The notes under the pieces were generated by a model. The model had not been told where the DNA came from. It saw nothing but the letters and a program-made list of their open reading frames with translations, and made no database searches. A stretch of 64,000 nucleotides of DNA from Bacteroidales bacterium (lineage in GTDB: Bacteria > Bacteroidota > Bacteroidia > Bacteroidales > VadinHA17), in assembly GCA_025454755.1 (NCBI GenBank), contig JALONV010000004.1, forward strand, positions 2,594 to 66,593, read 5' to 3'. Each line of letters opens with the position of its first letter. Position 1 is the first letter of the stretch. The position numbers and the translations under genes are program-made. Below, one piece after another: positions 7,006-16,910 of this stretch.

Positions 7006-7817
7006 AGCTCAAACCATACCATATTATTATATATACACTTTTACTGTTTTTATCTTTGAAAGCGGACGGGCAGTCAAAAGAGATCTCCTCTGTTCTGGTG
7101 AATCTGTACGACAGGATCCTTTTTACCGGCTCCGATGAAGAAAAGGTAAAGCTTAACGACTCGATACTCCTGGTTATCGACGGTTATGCTGCATCAGACT
7201 CGGTTTTTTCGCATAAGTTCACCAACCTTCGATTCCTGGGACAGATAACTTCTTCTGACTCACGAATTAAAATCATAACATGGAACCTGCTCCTGCGTAA
7301 CGGCATCAATAATTACTATTGTTATATTATCAGGAAAGGAAAAAAGTCGCAGGGTAACCGGATTTACAAATTGATGGGAGGCCATAAACCCGAACAGGCT
7401 GAAACAGGCAGAGTCTATTCTGCGGACGACTGGTATGGTGCGCTCTATTATGCGATTGAACCGTGTAAGAAAGAATATGTTATTCTCGGGCTCGATTTTG
7501 GCGGCATGATGGTCTCAAGAAAGATCATCGACGTTCTCAGCTTCACTCCTGACGGCAGGCTGGTTCTCGGCAAGGATATCTTCCTGAGGGAAAATAAAAA
7601 AAGGTTCAGGGAGGTTCTTGAGTACTCTTCGGAAAGTGTCGTTTCACTCAGGTTCAACTCGCCAAAAATGCTGATCTTTGATCATCTTGCTTCATTTTCA
7701 ACAGGAGAAGGTGATGATGAATCTATGGGTACAGGTCTCTCATATGACGGATATGATTATAAAAAAGGTACCTGGTATTTCATTACGAATGTTGACGCAA
7801 GGAATCCTAAAAAATAA
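7002..7817 (+). CDS. Hypothetical exported protein
   Basis: Signal peptide MKLKPYHIIIYTLLLFLSLKADGQ. There is a 4-nt ATGA overlap with the upstream aminotransferase gene. I recognise no family. Confidence 0.6.
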   Translation: MKLKPYHIIIYTLLLFLSLKADGQSKEISSVLVNLYDRILFTGSDEEKVKLNDSILLVIDGYAASDSVFSHKFTNLRFLGQITSSDSRIKIITWNLLLRNGINNYYCYIIRKGKKSQGNRIYKLMGGHKPEQAETGRVYSADDWYGALYYAIEPCKKEYVILGLDFGGMMVSRKIIDVLSFTPDGRLVLGKDIFLRENKKRFREVLEYSSESVVSLRFNSPKMLIFDHLASFSTGEGDDESMGTGLSYDGYDYKKGTWYFITNVDARNPKK

Positions 7818-7843
7818 TTAGATCAAATGAAAAACAGATTCTT

Positions 7844-8362
7844 ATGGCAGGGATAAAAATGACTTACATTTTATGTTACGACGATCACCGGAGTTTTACA
7901 GAGGATATCAGGAAAAGATTTTCCGACGCAACGCGTTACCAGGTAGAATCATATCATAACGTGCAGGAATTCATGGATTACTGCAGCAGGGACAAAGAGA
8001 AAAGCTCATGCAAGGTAGCCATAATCGGCGTACCAGATGCAAAAGAACAATTCGAGATGATCGAGGCGATGACATTGGATATCAAGAAGCTCAATCCGTT
8101 AACAGGGCTGATCCTCCTGGTACCACCCGATAAGATGGATGACCTGAAGAAAGCTGTCAGGTTCAATATTGATGCATATATCCCCCGGAATTCAAATTCC
8201 ATACTCCGCATTCACAATGCTGTCAAGAAACTGATCAGCGAACAGAACATTTCAATTTTCCGCAAGAAAAGGAATTTTTCATTCTATGTGTTGCTGGCTT
8301 TCCTGGTACTGGTCGGTTTGCTTATACTTATCGCCTGGCTGCGGCTTCCGCAGTATTTTTAA
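7844..8362 (+). CDS. Receiver-like (probable pseudo-receiver) domain protein with a C-terminal transmembrane anchor
   Basis: The layout is CheY-like (YILCYDDHRS ... LILLVPP ... AYIPR), but the expected phospho-acceptor position reads AIIGVPD rather than a (V/L)(L/I)xD strand end. The C-terminus, FYVLLAFLVLVGLLILIAWL, is a TM helix. The start could be 7859. Confidence 0.55.
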   Translation: MAGIKMTYILCYDDHRSFTEDIRKRFSDATRYQVESYHNVQEFMDYCSRDKEKSSCKVAIIGVPDAKEQFEMIEAMTLDIKKLNPLTGLILLVPPDKMDDLKKAVRFNIDAYIPRNSNSILRIHNAVKKLISEQNISIFRKKRNFSFYVLLAFLVLVGLLILIAWLRLPQYF

Positions 8363-8365
8363 AGG

Positions 8366-8428
8366 AATCTGCGGTTTTCTGCGAGATCTGCGGGAGATCT
8401 TTCCTTTTCCCGCTGATTTCGCAGATTG
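8366..8428. repeat. Short intergenic hairpin-type element (aatctgcgg / gatctgcggga / inverted tttcgcagatt)
   Basis: Direct and inverted copies of an atctgcg core, read from the sequence. Confidence 0.4.
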
Positions 8429-8535
8429 TCGAAGATAAGAAAATTTGAATGACGATTTGTCAGATTTCTCCTGATGGCATATCTTTTGACGTGGGAGGGC
8501 AGGAAAATCAGGTATAACCATAAAAATCTAACGAT

Positions 8536-10581
8536 ATGCAAACCGGAAAAATTGGTGTGACCACGGAGAATATCTTCCCGATTATCAAGAAATTCCTCTA
8601 TTCCGATCATGAAATCTTTCTCAGGGAACTTATCTCAAATGCAATTGATGCAACCCAAAAGCTGAAGGCCATTGCCTCTGCGGGAGACTACAAAGGAGAG
8701 CTCGGCGACCTGACAATCAGGGTTGCTGTCGACAAAAAGAAGAAAACCATTAAAGTATCCGACAGCGGCATTGGAATGACACAGGAAGAGCTTGACAAAT
8801 ATCTGAACCAGATCGCATTTTCCAGTGCCAACGATTTCCTCGACAAATACAAAGACCAGGCTAATTCGATAATAGGTCATTTCGGCCTTGGATTCTATTC
8901 ATCATTCATGGTCTCCGACAAGGTTGAGGTTGTTACAAAATCGTGGCAGGAGGATGCACAGGCAGTAAAATGGACATGTGACGGAAGTCCGGAATTCACG
9001 ATCGGGGAGGCTGACAGAAAAGAGCGCGGAACAGATGTCATACTACATATCGACAAGGATTCAAAGGATTTCGTCGACGATAATAAGATCGAACAGTTAT
9101 TGAAGAAATACTGCAAATTCCTTCCGGTTGAGATTGCATTCGGAAAAGAGCAGGAGTGGAAGGACGGAAAATATGTAGATACCGCGAAAGACAAAATAAT
9201 AAATAACACAAAACCCGCCTGGACGCTTAAGCCTTCTGAGCTTAAGGAGGAGGATTACAACAAGTTTTACAGGGAACTATATCCTATGGGTGATGAGCCT
9301 CTTTTTAATATTCACCTTAATGTTGACTATCCTTTCAAGCTTACCGGGATACTCTATTTCCCGAAGATCAAGAACAATATTGAGATACAGAAGAACAAGA
9401 TCCAGTTGTACTGCAACCAGGTCTTTGTTACTGATTCTGTTGAAGGGATTGTTCCCGAGTTCCTGACTCTTCTTCACGGTGTCCTTGATTCACCGGATAT
9501 TCCTCTTAATGTATCAAGGAGCTATCTTCAGAGCGACTCCAATGTAAAAAAGATATCAGCGCACATTACCAAGAAAGTTGCCGACAGGCTCAACGGGATA
9601 TTCAAGAGCAAACGTGAGGAATTCGAAAAGAAATGGGATAACCTGAAGCTCTTCATTGATTACGGAATGATAACCGATGAGAAATTTTATGAAAAGGCCT
9701 CAAAATTTGCTCTTCTGAAAAACACTGATGACAAGTACTTTACATACGAGGAATACGAAAAACTGATCAAGGAGAACCAGACAGACAGGCATAATTCACT
9801 GGTGTATCTTTATTCGACGAATAAAACAGATCAGTTTTCCTATATCGAAAAAGCAAAGAACAAGGGTTATGATGTCCTTAACCTCGACGGTCAGCTCGAT
9901 GTTCACCTTATAAATTACCTCGAATCGAAATTCAAGGATTCAAGATTTGTCAGGGTCGATTCTGATGTTATCGAGAAGCTGATCCAGAAGGAAGAACCGA
10001 AAGAATCGAAGCTGAAAGACGATGAGAGGAACGACCTCAGAAGCATATTCAATGTAAAGACAAAATCGAAGGAAATATACAATGTTGTAGTTGAAACACT
10101 TGACGAAAATGAGGCTCCGGTCATTATAACTCAGTCAGAGTTCATGAGGAGGATGAAGGATATGTCGCAGATGGGAGGAGGGATGAATTTCTATGGAGAG
10201 CTCCCCGACAGCTATAATTTTGTGGTCAATCCGAATCATCCTCTTGTGGTTAAGATCAGTGAAGATCTCAGGACAGAATCGGGGAAGAAGCTTTCAGAGA
10301 ACGGTGCCGAGTTGAAGAGAGTGAAGGAGGAAGTCGACTTCATGGAGAAGGAACACTCTAAAAAGAAACCTGAAGAGGTGAGTCAGGTCGAAAAGGACGA
10401 TCTCGAGAAGCTCAGGAAAGAACTGAGCGACTTTGAAAATTCAAGAAAAGAGCTTCTGGAGAACTATGGTTCGAATAATAAAATAGTAAAACAGCTTATT
10501 GACCTGGCGCTTCTTGCGAACAATATGCTAAAAGGAGAGGAATTAGCAGCTTTTGTAAAAAGAAGTACCGAGTTATTATAA
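8536..10581 (+). CDS. htpG: Molecular chaperone HtpG (Hsp90)
   Basis: A 681-aa protein with N-terminal ETFAFQAE-type region equivalents: IFLRELISNAIDA, SDSGIGMT, IGHFGLGFYSSFMV. Confidence 0.92.
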   Translation: MQTGKIGVTTENIFPIIKKFLYSDHEIFLRELISNAIDATQKLKAIASAGDYKGELGDLTIRVAVDKKKKTIKVSDSGIGMTQEELDKYLNQIAFSSANDFLDKYKDQANSIIGHFGLGFYSSFMVSDKVEVVTKSWQEDAQAVKWTCDGSPEFTIGEADRKERGTDVILHIDKDSKDFVDDNKIEQLLKKYCKFLPVEIAFGKEQEWKDGKYVDTAKDKIINNTKPAWTLKPSELKEEDYNKFYRELYPMGDEPLFNIHLNVDYPFKLTGILYFPKIKNNIEIQKNKIQLYCNQVFVTDSVEGIVPEFLTLLHGVLDSPDIPLNVSRSYLQSDSNVKKISAHITKKVADRLNGIFKSKREEFEKKWDNLKLFIDYGMITDEKFYEKASKFALLKNTDDKYFTYEEYEKLIKENQTDRHNSLVYLYSTNKTDQFSYIEKAKNKGYDVLNLDGQLDVHLINYLESKFKDSRFVRVDSDVIEKLIQKEEPKESKLKDDERNDLRSIFNVKTKSKEIYNVVVETLDENEAPVIITQSEFMRRMKDMSQMGGGMNFYGELPDSYNFVVNPNHPLVVKISEDLRTESGKKLSENGAELKRVKEEVDFMEKEHSKKKPEEVSQVEKDDLEKLRKELSDFENSRKELLENYGSNNKIVKQLIDLALLANNMLKGEELAAFVKRSTELL

Positions 10582-10602
10582 TAGGTAACTGGTTAGGAAT
10601 TT

Positions 10603-10708
10603 AAACCCCCGCCCCGATTACTCGGGGCACCCCCTGAAGGGGGTTTAAAACCCACTTTTAATTAAAATAGGAAATTGGTTTTAGCCCCCCTTTAGGGGGG
10701 ATGGGGGG
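10603..10708. repeat. Three-hairpin GC-rich intergenic element, left copy
   Basis: The hairpins are gccccg-attact-cggggc, accccc-tgaa-gggggt and cccccc-ttta-gggggg. The reverse complement of 12545-12670 aligns over ~105 nt. Confidence 0.8.
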
Positions 10709-11230
10709 TCAGATCATCCTCCCAACCTCGCCCTTTATATAGTCGATGGCTGCCCTGGTAGGTTCGTTGTTCATCTCCATCACGGCTTCGAGGAGTCTCT
10801 GACTGAACTCCATGCTTGTTGCAGGGACAGGCTTCTTCTCGAATTCGGAGTTAATAATCTTGATCATATTGGAGCGGGCATTCCTGACGACTTCCCATGC
10901 CTGGGGACTCATATAGATCTGCTGTGAGAGATTATGTTCAAACTCGCTCCTGATTGTTGTCAATAGTGCAGAATGAAGCTGGGCTGCTGTCATACCTGAG
11001 GAGCTTACCCTGACCAGCAACGATTCAAGGGAGATCCTTTCCAGGAAGAGGACAATTCTTTCATAAGCCTGTAATTTAATGGGAGTTACAGTACGGCTGT
11101 TCTGAAGAACAATCTCCTGTCTGCGCTTATCCTGATCATTCTTCATCAGGTTCCTTAACAGTATCCAGGCAGTCAGTAATACCAGCAGCGCCGGTATTGT
11201 AATCTTAAGAATATCATAAAATGTCTCCAT
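10709..11230 (-). CDS. Hypothetical N-terminally membrane-anchored protein
   Basis: A 173-aa protein with one N-terminal TM helix (ITIPALLVLLTAWILL) and an otherwise helical, soluble-looking body. I recognise no family. Confidence 0.6.
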   Translation of the reverse strand: METFYDILKITIPALLVLLTAWILLRNLMKNDQDKRRQEIVLQNSRTVTPIKLQAYERIVLFLERISLESLLVRVSSSGMTAAQLHSALLTTIRSEFEHNLSQQIYMSPQAWEVVRNARSNMIKIINSEFEKKPVPATSMEFSQRLLEAVMEMNNEPTRAAIDYIKGEVGRMI

Positions 11231-11283
11231 TTTTCTTCAAATTATTAACATGTAACAAACTTAACTCTTTTATTCTTATTTTT

Positions 11284-11345
11284 AACCTTTAACCTTTAAC
11301 CTTTAACCTTTAACCTTTAACCTTTAACCTTTAACCTTTAACCTT
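11284..11345. repeat. Heptanucleotide microsatellite (AACCTTT), 8 full copies plus one 6-nt copy
   Basis: Counted directly. It ends 4 nt before the ATG at 11350 and occupies 62 of the 119 intergenic nt between divergent genes. Confidence 0.95.
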
Positions 11346-11349
11346 ATCT

Positions 11350-12543
11350 ATGGAACATCTGTCCGATCGAATCAAATCGCTGTCAGTCAGCCAGACTCTT
11401 GCTATGGCCCAGAAAAGCCGGGAATTGAAGGCAAAGGGCATTGATGTCATTAGCCTCAGTCTCGGAGAACCCGATTTCAACACTCCTGATTATATTAAGG
11501 AGGCTGCAAAGAAAGCCATTGATGATAATTATTCGAAGTACCCTCCGGTACCCGGATATAATGATCTCAGGGAAGCTATCTCAAAGAAATTCAAGGAGGA
11601 AAATGGAATAAACTATACACCTGACCAGATAGTGGTCTCGGCCGGAGGAAAGCATTCACTCATCAACGTGATACTTTCAATAGTAAATCCGGGCGAAGAA
11701 GTTATTCTGCTGGCCCCATACTGGGTAAGCTATTATGACCAGATCCTTCTTGCAGGAGGTAAGCCTGTAGTTATTGAGACAACACTCGAAAATGATTTTA
11801 AGGTGTTGCCCGAACAGCTGGAGGTTGTCATTACAAGGAAGACAAGGCTTATTATTTTCAACTCGCCATCGAATCCTACAGGGATGGCATATTCAAGGGA
11901 GGAGATGGAGGAGATAGCCAGGGTGGTGCATAAGCATGAAGGGCTGTTTATCATTTCAGATGAGATTTATGAGCATATTCTCTTCAAGGGAGCCCACGTG
12001 AGCATGGCCTCATTCGATTTCATTTATGACAGGGTTATCACAGTTAACGGAGTATCAAAAGGTTACGCCATGACGGGGTGGAGGATTGGTTATATTGGTG
12101 CTCCCCTGTGGCTTGCCAAAGCCGTTGATAAACTTCAGGGACAATTCACCTCGGGGGTATGCTCAATTGCTCAGAGGGCAGCGCTTGCAGCCATTAAAGA
12201 AGATGACGGCTCGCGGAAAAAAATGCGTGATGCTTTTCTGCGACGTCGCGACATCGTTTGTAAGTTGCTGAAAGATATAAAAGGAATGAAAGTCAAGGTG
12301 CCTCAGGGAGCATTTTATGTGATGCCCGACATCAGCTATTATCTTGGGAAGACTGATGGCGAAATGAAGATCTGCAATTCCGACGATCTTGCACTTTTTC
12401 TTCTTGATAAGGCTCAGGTTGCAGTTGTTGGCGGAGATGCATTCGGGGCTCCGAATTGCATAAGATTATCGTATGCCACATCTGAGGATCAGCTGATTGA
12501 GGCAATAAAAAGGATTAAAGGGGCGCTGGAAAAACTGAAATAA
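11350..12543 (+). CDS. Class I PLP-dependent (aspartate-type) aminotransferase
   Basis: A 397-aa protein with SLGEPDFNTP, YPPVPGY, NSPSNPTG and NGVSKGYAMTGWRIGY (PLP lysine motif). Confidence 0.88.
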   Translation: MEHLSDRIKSLSVSQTLAMAQKSRELKAKGIDVISLSLGEPDFNTPDYIKEAAKKAIDDNYSKYPPVPGYNDLREAISKKFKEENGINYTPDQIVVSAGGKHSLINVILSIVNPGEEVILLAPYWVSYYDQILLAGGKPVVIETTLENDFKVLPEQLEVVITRKTRLIIFNSPSNPTGMAYSREEMEEIARVVHKHEGLFIISDEIYEHILFKGAHVSMASFDFIYDRVITVNGVSKGYAMTGWRIGYIGAPLWLAKAVDKLQGQFTSGVCSIAQRAALAAIKEDDGSRKKMRDAFLRRRDIVCKLLKDIKGMKVKVPQGAFYVMPDISYYLGKTDGEMKICNSDDLALFLLDKAQVAVVGGDAFGAPNCIRLSYATSEDQLIEAIKRIKGALEKLK

Positions 12544-12544
12544 T

Positions 12545-12670
12545 CCCCGTCCCTCCAATTACCAACCCCCCAACCCCCCTAAAGGGGGGCCTAAAGCCAA
12601 TTACCGGTTATGATTAGTATTGGGTTTTATACCCCCTTTAGGGGGTGCCCCGCCTTGGCGGGGCGTGGGT
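12545..12670. repeat. Three-hairpin GC-rich intergenic element, right copy, inverted relative to 10603-10708
   Basis: The hairpins are cccccc-taaa-gggggg, accccc-ttta-gggggt and gccccgc-cttg-gcggggc. Confidence 0.8.
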
Positions 12671-12887
12671 CAGTATTTATTATAAGACACCACCGCCTCT
12701 TTCGGTTTCCGCTTTTTAGTACGCTGTTCAGCCAGTGAATTTCCGATTGTAATTATCAGCTCGATTCTTTTTAAACGGGGTATAGAAAGGATTTTTCTTA
12801 TAAATTCTGATTTACAGGTGGCGGGTTTAGCAATATTTAATATCTTTATTTTTCATTTGTTGATATCAAAATTTAAAACTTATTGAA

Positions 12888-13451
12888 ATGACAATTTTTT
12901 TAATTATTCTTGGAATCATTGTTCTGCTTATCTTCTGGGTAATTTCCCTTTATAACCGGCTGGTAAAGCTCAGGAATACACGTGAGCAGGCTTTTGCCGA
13001 TGTAGATGTTCAGCTTAAGCAGAGACATGATATGATCCCGCAGCTTGTTGAGGCAGTTAAAGGATACATGCAACATGAACGTGGTGTTCTGACAGCAGTA
13101 ACCGAAGCACGTGCAGCTGCTATGAAAGCAACCTCAATCAACGATAAAATTGCTGCGGAAACAAAGCTCTCAACGGCACTCGACGGATTGAAGATAGCAG
13201 TTGAAGCCTATCCGGACCTCAAAGCAAGCCAGAATTTCATGCAGCTTCAGAGCGAGATTGCAGATATTGAAAACAAGATTGCAGCAGCCCGCCGGTTCTT
13301 CAATTCGGCTACCAAGGAGCTCAATGTTGCAACCGAGGTGTTCCCTTCAAATATCGTCGCTACCCTTTTCAATTTCAAACGCGAACCATTATTCGAACTT
13401 GGAGATCAGAGGGCAGCAGTTGAAGAACCTCCAAAGATCTCCTTCTCATAA
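12888..13451 (+). CDS. LemA family protein
   Basis: An N-terminal TM helix is followed by YNRLVKLRNTREQAFADVDVQLKQRHDMIPQLVE ... AYPDLKASQNF ... ENKIAAARRFFN, the canonical LemA pattern. Confidence 0.88.
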   Translation: MTIFLIILGIIVLLIFWVISLYNRLVKLRNTREQAFADVDVQLKQRHDMIPQLVEAVKGYMQHERGVLTAVTEARAAAMKATSINDKIAAETKLSTALDGLKIAVEAYPDLKASQNFMQLQSEIADIENKIAAARRFFNSATKELNVATEVFPSNIVATLFNFKREPLFELGDQRAAVEEPPKISFS

Positions 13452-13452
13452 T

Positions 13453-14424
13453 ATGAAATATTTTGGTCTCCAGAGCCAGATAAGGAGGAACAACGCTAAC
13501 TCAGTGCTGATCCTCTTTATGTTCCCTGTCGTCTTTATAGCACTGACATGGCTCTTCTTCTTTTTCTTTGGTATCTGGCAATCGCACCAGGTTACCACGG
13601 AGCAGCCTGATAATTATAATTTTATCATGGATGTTAATTATGGTTTTATACATACTATCCCGTGGATTCTGATCGGAGTACTCGTCTGGTTCGTTGTCGC
13701 ATGGTACTCGCACACAACTATGATCGAGAAGGCAACCGCCTCAAAGCCCCTGGAAAGAAAAGAGAATAATAGAGTATATAACCTGGTCGAAAACCTCTGC
13801 ATTTCCAAAGGAATGCAGATGCCAAAGGTCAATATTATTGAAGATAATTCACTTAACGCATTTGCCAGCGGCATAAATCCTAAAACTTACACTGTATCTC
13901 TTTCACGCGGGATTATTGATAAGCTGAATGACCAGGAACTGGAGGCGGTTATTGCTCATGAGCTAACTCATATCCGTAACCGCGATGTCAGGTTGCTGAT
14001 AATATCTATAGTCTTCGTGGGGATATTTGCCTTTATTTCTGAAGCGATCTTCAGGTCGATGCGTTTCGGAAGCCTATCTAAAGGGAAAAAAGGAAGCGGT
14101 GGAGCAGCAATTGTTATTGCCCTTGTGCTTGCCCTGGTGGGTTACCTGATTGCTTCTCTCTTCAGGTTTGCATTATCACGTAAGCGTGAATACCTGGCCG
14201 ATGCAGGATCAGCTGAACTGACAAGGAATCCTCTGGCGCTCGCTTCAGCATTAAGAAAGATCTCATCGGATCCTACAATTGAAGCAGTACAAAGAAAGGA
14301 TGTTGCACAGATGTTCATTGAAAATCCCCAGGCAGGACTTAAGAAATCTGCATTCTCAGCAGGAATACTCTTCGCCACACATCCGCCGATAGCAAAGAGG
14401 ATAGAGATACTGGAGCAGTATTAA
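13453..14424 (+). CDS. M48 family (HtpX-like) zinc metalloprotease
   Basis: Contains the HELTHI (HExxH) motif, several TM helices and SRKREYLADAGSAELT. The start is trimmed to the ATG at 13453, directly after the LemA stop. The track ORF from 13201 overlaps LemA out of frame. Confidence 0.85.
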   Translation: MKYFGLQSQIRRNNANSVLILFMFPVVFIALTWLFFFFFGIWQSHQVTTEQPDNYNFIMDVNYGFIHTIPWILIGVLVWFVVAWYSHTTMIEKATASKPLERKENNRVYNLVENLCISKGMQMPKVNIIEDNSLNAFASGINPKTYTVSLSRGIIDKLNDQELEAVIAHELTHIRNRDVRLLIISIVFVGIFAFISEAIFRSMRFGSLSKGKKGSGGAAIVIALVLALVGYLIASLFRFALSRKREYLADAGSAELTRNPLALASALRKISSDPTIEAVQRKDVAQMFIENPQAGLKKSAFSAGILFATHPPIAKRIEILEQY

Positions 14425-15038
14425 AAGAATTTCTTTTCTTCACCTTTCAGCAGCCGCTGAATGTTTTTTCTATGCGTTATTATCAGCGCAACAGCCGCAA
14501 ATATTGAAAAGATCTTAAAAAGAAGCGAAGGAGTATCAAAAAGTGTAAACAGCAGGATCGGAAATGCAACTCCGGAGCTCATTGATGATACTGATACAAT
14601 TCGTGTTAATAAAATAACAATCAGAAAAACGCCAAGGCAGCTAAGTGTCAGCAGCGGATGAATTGCCAGCAGAACTCCGGAGATTGTTGCCACTCCCTTA
14701 CCTCCCCTGAATCCTGCAAAAACAGGGAAAATATGTCCGAGTATGGCAGTTATTCCGGTCCCTATCTGCAGGTTCGTCATGAGAGCGGTATGCGGATCGG
14801 ACAGGCTGAAAAAAACAGGAAGCATTGCAGAAATACAGCCTTTGGCCATATCTATAATCAGTACCGGAACTCCTATTTTCCAGCCCAGAACCCTGATTGC
14901 ATTGGCTGCTCCTGCATTACCGCTGCCATGCTGCCTAATGTCGATCCCGCGAAAGACCTTTCCTGCCCAAATTGCTGTAGGGATGGATCCCAGGAGATAT
15001 GCAAGAATAAATGCAGTAACCGTAATCACCATTTTCAT
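14421..15038 (-). CDS. plsY: Glycerol-3-phosphate acyltransferase PlsY
   Basis: YLLGSIPTAIWAGKVFRGIDIRQHGSGNAGAANAIRVLG ... GGKGVAT. Confidence 0.9.
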   Translation of the reverse strand: MKMVITVTAFILAYLLGSIPTAIWAGKVFRGIDIRQHGSGNAGAANAIRVLGWKIGVPVLIIDMAKGCISAMLPVFFSLSDPHTALMTNLQIGTGITAILGHIFPVFAGFRGGKGVATISGVLLAIHPLLTLSCLGVFLIVILLTRIVSVSSMSSGVAFPILLFTLFDTPSLLFKIFSIFAAVALIITHRKNIQRLLKGEEKKFF

Positions 15039-15113
15039 TCTTTTTCAGATTAAATAATTCCCGGACCATATCGGGAATGTGGATACCATATTTTGCCAGA
15101 TCGGGCGGAGTTA

Positions 15114-16910
15114 TCATCTGGCATTTTCAAGACGTGAAGTAAGTCCCTGCAGTTGTTCTTTCATTTCCTCAGGGAGCCTGTCACCAAATGAAGCATAATG
15201 ATCGTTTATCAGCTTCAATTCATCAATCCATTCATTTTTGTCAACTTTCAGGAGTTCCGGAATATTTCCTGCAGCCTCGCTCAATCCTGAAATATCAATG
15301 GTTCCTTCCCCGGGAACATAACCGATAGCAGTTTCCCTGGCGATATCGGCTCCTTCAGTGCGCTCGAATATCCATTTAAGTGCACGGATATTATCTCCGT
15401 ATCCCGGCCACAGGAATTTCCCCTCGGGATTCTTACGGAACCAGTTGACGTTGAATATCTTAGGTAGTTTGCTTTTGTTGGGGGCATTCTCTCCGATCTT
15501 TACCCAGTGTGCAAAATAATCCCCCATATGATAGCCGCAGAAAGGAAGCATGGCAAAGGGATCCCGGCGAACACCTGCTTTAAGACCTATTGCAGCGGCA
15601 GTAACTTCAGAACCTGCTATCGAGCCCATGAATACGCCATGGTTCCAGTCGAAAGACTGACAGACAAGCGGAAGGGTAGATGGACGACGACCGCCAAAGA
15701 GAATTGCTGAGATAGGCACTCCTGCAGGATTTTCCCAGTCGGAGTCGATAGTCGGGCACTGTTTTGCGGGGGCTGTGAACCTGGCATTGGGATGAGCTGC
15801 CGGCTTGCCTGATGCCGGATCATAATCCTCATTTGTCCAGGTTATAGTTCCCGGAGGGATATCATAGCCGATACCTTCCCACCATATATCTCCGTCAGGA
15901 GTCAGACCTGTATTGGTGAAGATCGAATTCTCCCTGCAGGAAAGCAGGGCATTGGGATTCGTCTTCATTGAAGTGCCCGGAGCTACGCCAAAAAATCCGG
16001 CTTCGGGATTGATCGCATAAAGACGACCATCGGCCCCGAATTTCATCCATGCAATATCATCACCGACACATTCAACCTTCCAGCCCGGTATTGAAGGTAT
16101 GAGCATCGCCAGGTTAGTTTTGCCGCAAGCACTGGGGAATGCAGCAGTAAAGTATTTCTTAACTCCCCCGGGATTGGTTATTCCCATAATAAGCATATGT
16201 TCTGCCAGCCAGCCTTCCCTGTGTGCCATGCTGGAAGCAATTCTCAGTGCAAAGCATTTCTTTCCAAGGAGGGCATTACCTCCATAACCGCTTCCATAAG
16301 ACCATATTTCATTTGTTTCGGGGAAATGTGAAATGTACTTGCTTTCAATTGGTGCGCAGGGCCATTTCCTGTCTTTTTCTCCCGGCTGAAGAGGTGCGCC
16401 TACAGAATGCATGCATGGAACAAAATCATCATTACCCAGTATGTCAAGGACAGCTTTGCCCATGCGGGTCATGATACGCATATTGACAACCACATATGGC
16501 GAATCGGTGATCTGAATGCCTATGTGTGCTATTTTTGAACCAAGGGGTCCCATGCTGAAAGGAATGATATACATTATACGTCCATTCATGGATCCTTTAT
16601 ATAGTGGAAGAAGAGTCTTCTTCATTTCCTGAGGATCGCTCCAGTTGTTTGTAGGACCGGCATCAGACTTTTTCGCGGAGCATATAAATGTACGGTTCTC
16701 AACGCGGGCCACATCACTCGGATCGCTTTGAAAGTAATAACTGCCGGGACGTTTCTTTTCGTCGAGCCTGACTGCTGCTCCGCTGCTGACCATCAGGTCG
16801 AGCAGTTTCTGATTTTCCTCATCGGAACCATCGCACCAGTGAATAGAATCAGGCTGGCAGATATCTGCCCATTCCTTAACCCAGATTTGAAGTTTTTTGT
16901 TTCCAGTCAT
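15114..16910 (-). CDS. pckG: Phosphoenolpyruvate carboxykinase (GTP)
   Basis: A 598-aa protein with [13 protein letters not shown] (kinase-1a), GDDIAWMKF, and WEGIGYD and NWFRK motifs typical of GTP-PEPCK. Confidence 0.92.
   Translation of the reverse strand: MTGNKKLQIWVKEWADICQPDSIHWCDGSDEENQKLLDLMVSSGAAVRLDEKKRPGSYYFQSDPSDVARVENRTFICSAKKSDAGPTNNWSDPQEMKKTLLPLYKGSMNGRIMYIIPFSMGPLGSKIAHIGIQITDSPYVVVNMRIMTRMGKAVLDILGNDDFVPCMHSVGAPLQPGEKDRKWPCAPIESKYISHFPETNEIWSYGSGYGGNALLGKKCFALRIASSMAHREGWLAEHMLIMGITNPGGVKKYFTAAFPSACGKTNLAMLIPSIPGWKVECVGDDIAWMKFGADGRLYAINPEAGFFGVAPGTSMKTNPNALLSCRENSIFTNTGLTPDGDIWWEGIGYDIPPGTITWTNEDYDPASGKPAAHPNARFTAPAKQCPTIDSDWENPAGVPISAILFGGRRPSTLPLVCQSFDWNHGVFMGSIAGSEVTAAAIGLKAGVRRDPFAMLPFCGYHMGDYFAHWVKIGENAPNKSKLPKIFNVNWFRKNPEGKFLWPGYGDNIRALKWIFERTEGADIARETAIGYVPGEGTIDISGLSEAAGNIPELLKVDKNEWIDELKLINDHYASFGDRLPEEMKEQLQGLTSRLENAR

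Noticed and set aside
11284-12670. Repeats as a possible CRISPR array (heptamer array and GC-rich hairpin elements)
   Set aside because: The heptamer array has no spacers. The hairpin elements are single, dispersed copies without regular repeat-spacer periodicity, and no cas genes are present.
13201-13452. N-terminal 84 codons of the 407-aa ORF 13201-14424
   Set aside because: They overlap LemA in another frame. A clean ATG at 13453 directly follows the LemA stop and gives a normal-length M48 protease.
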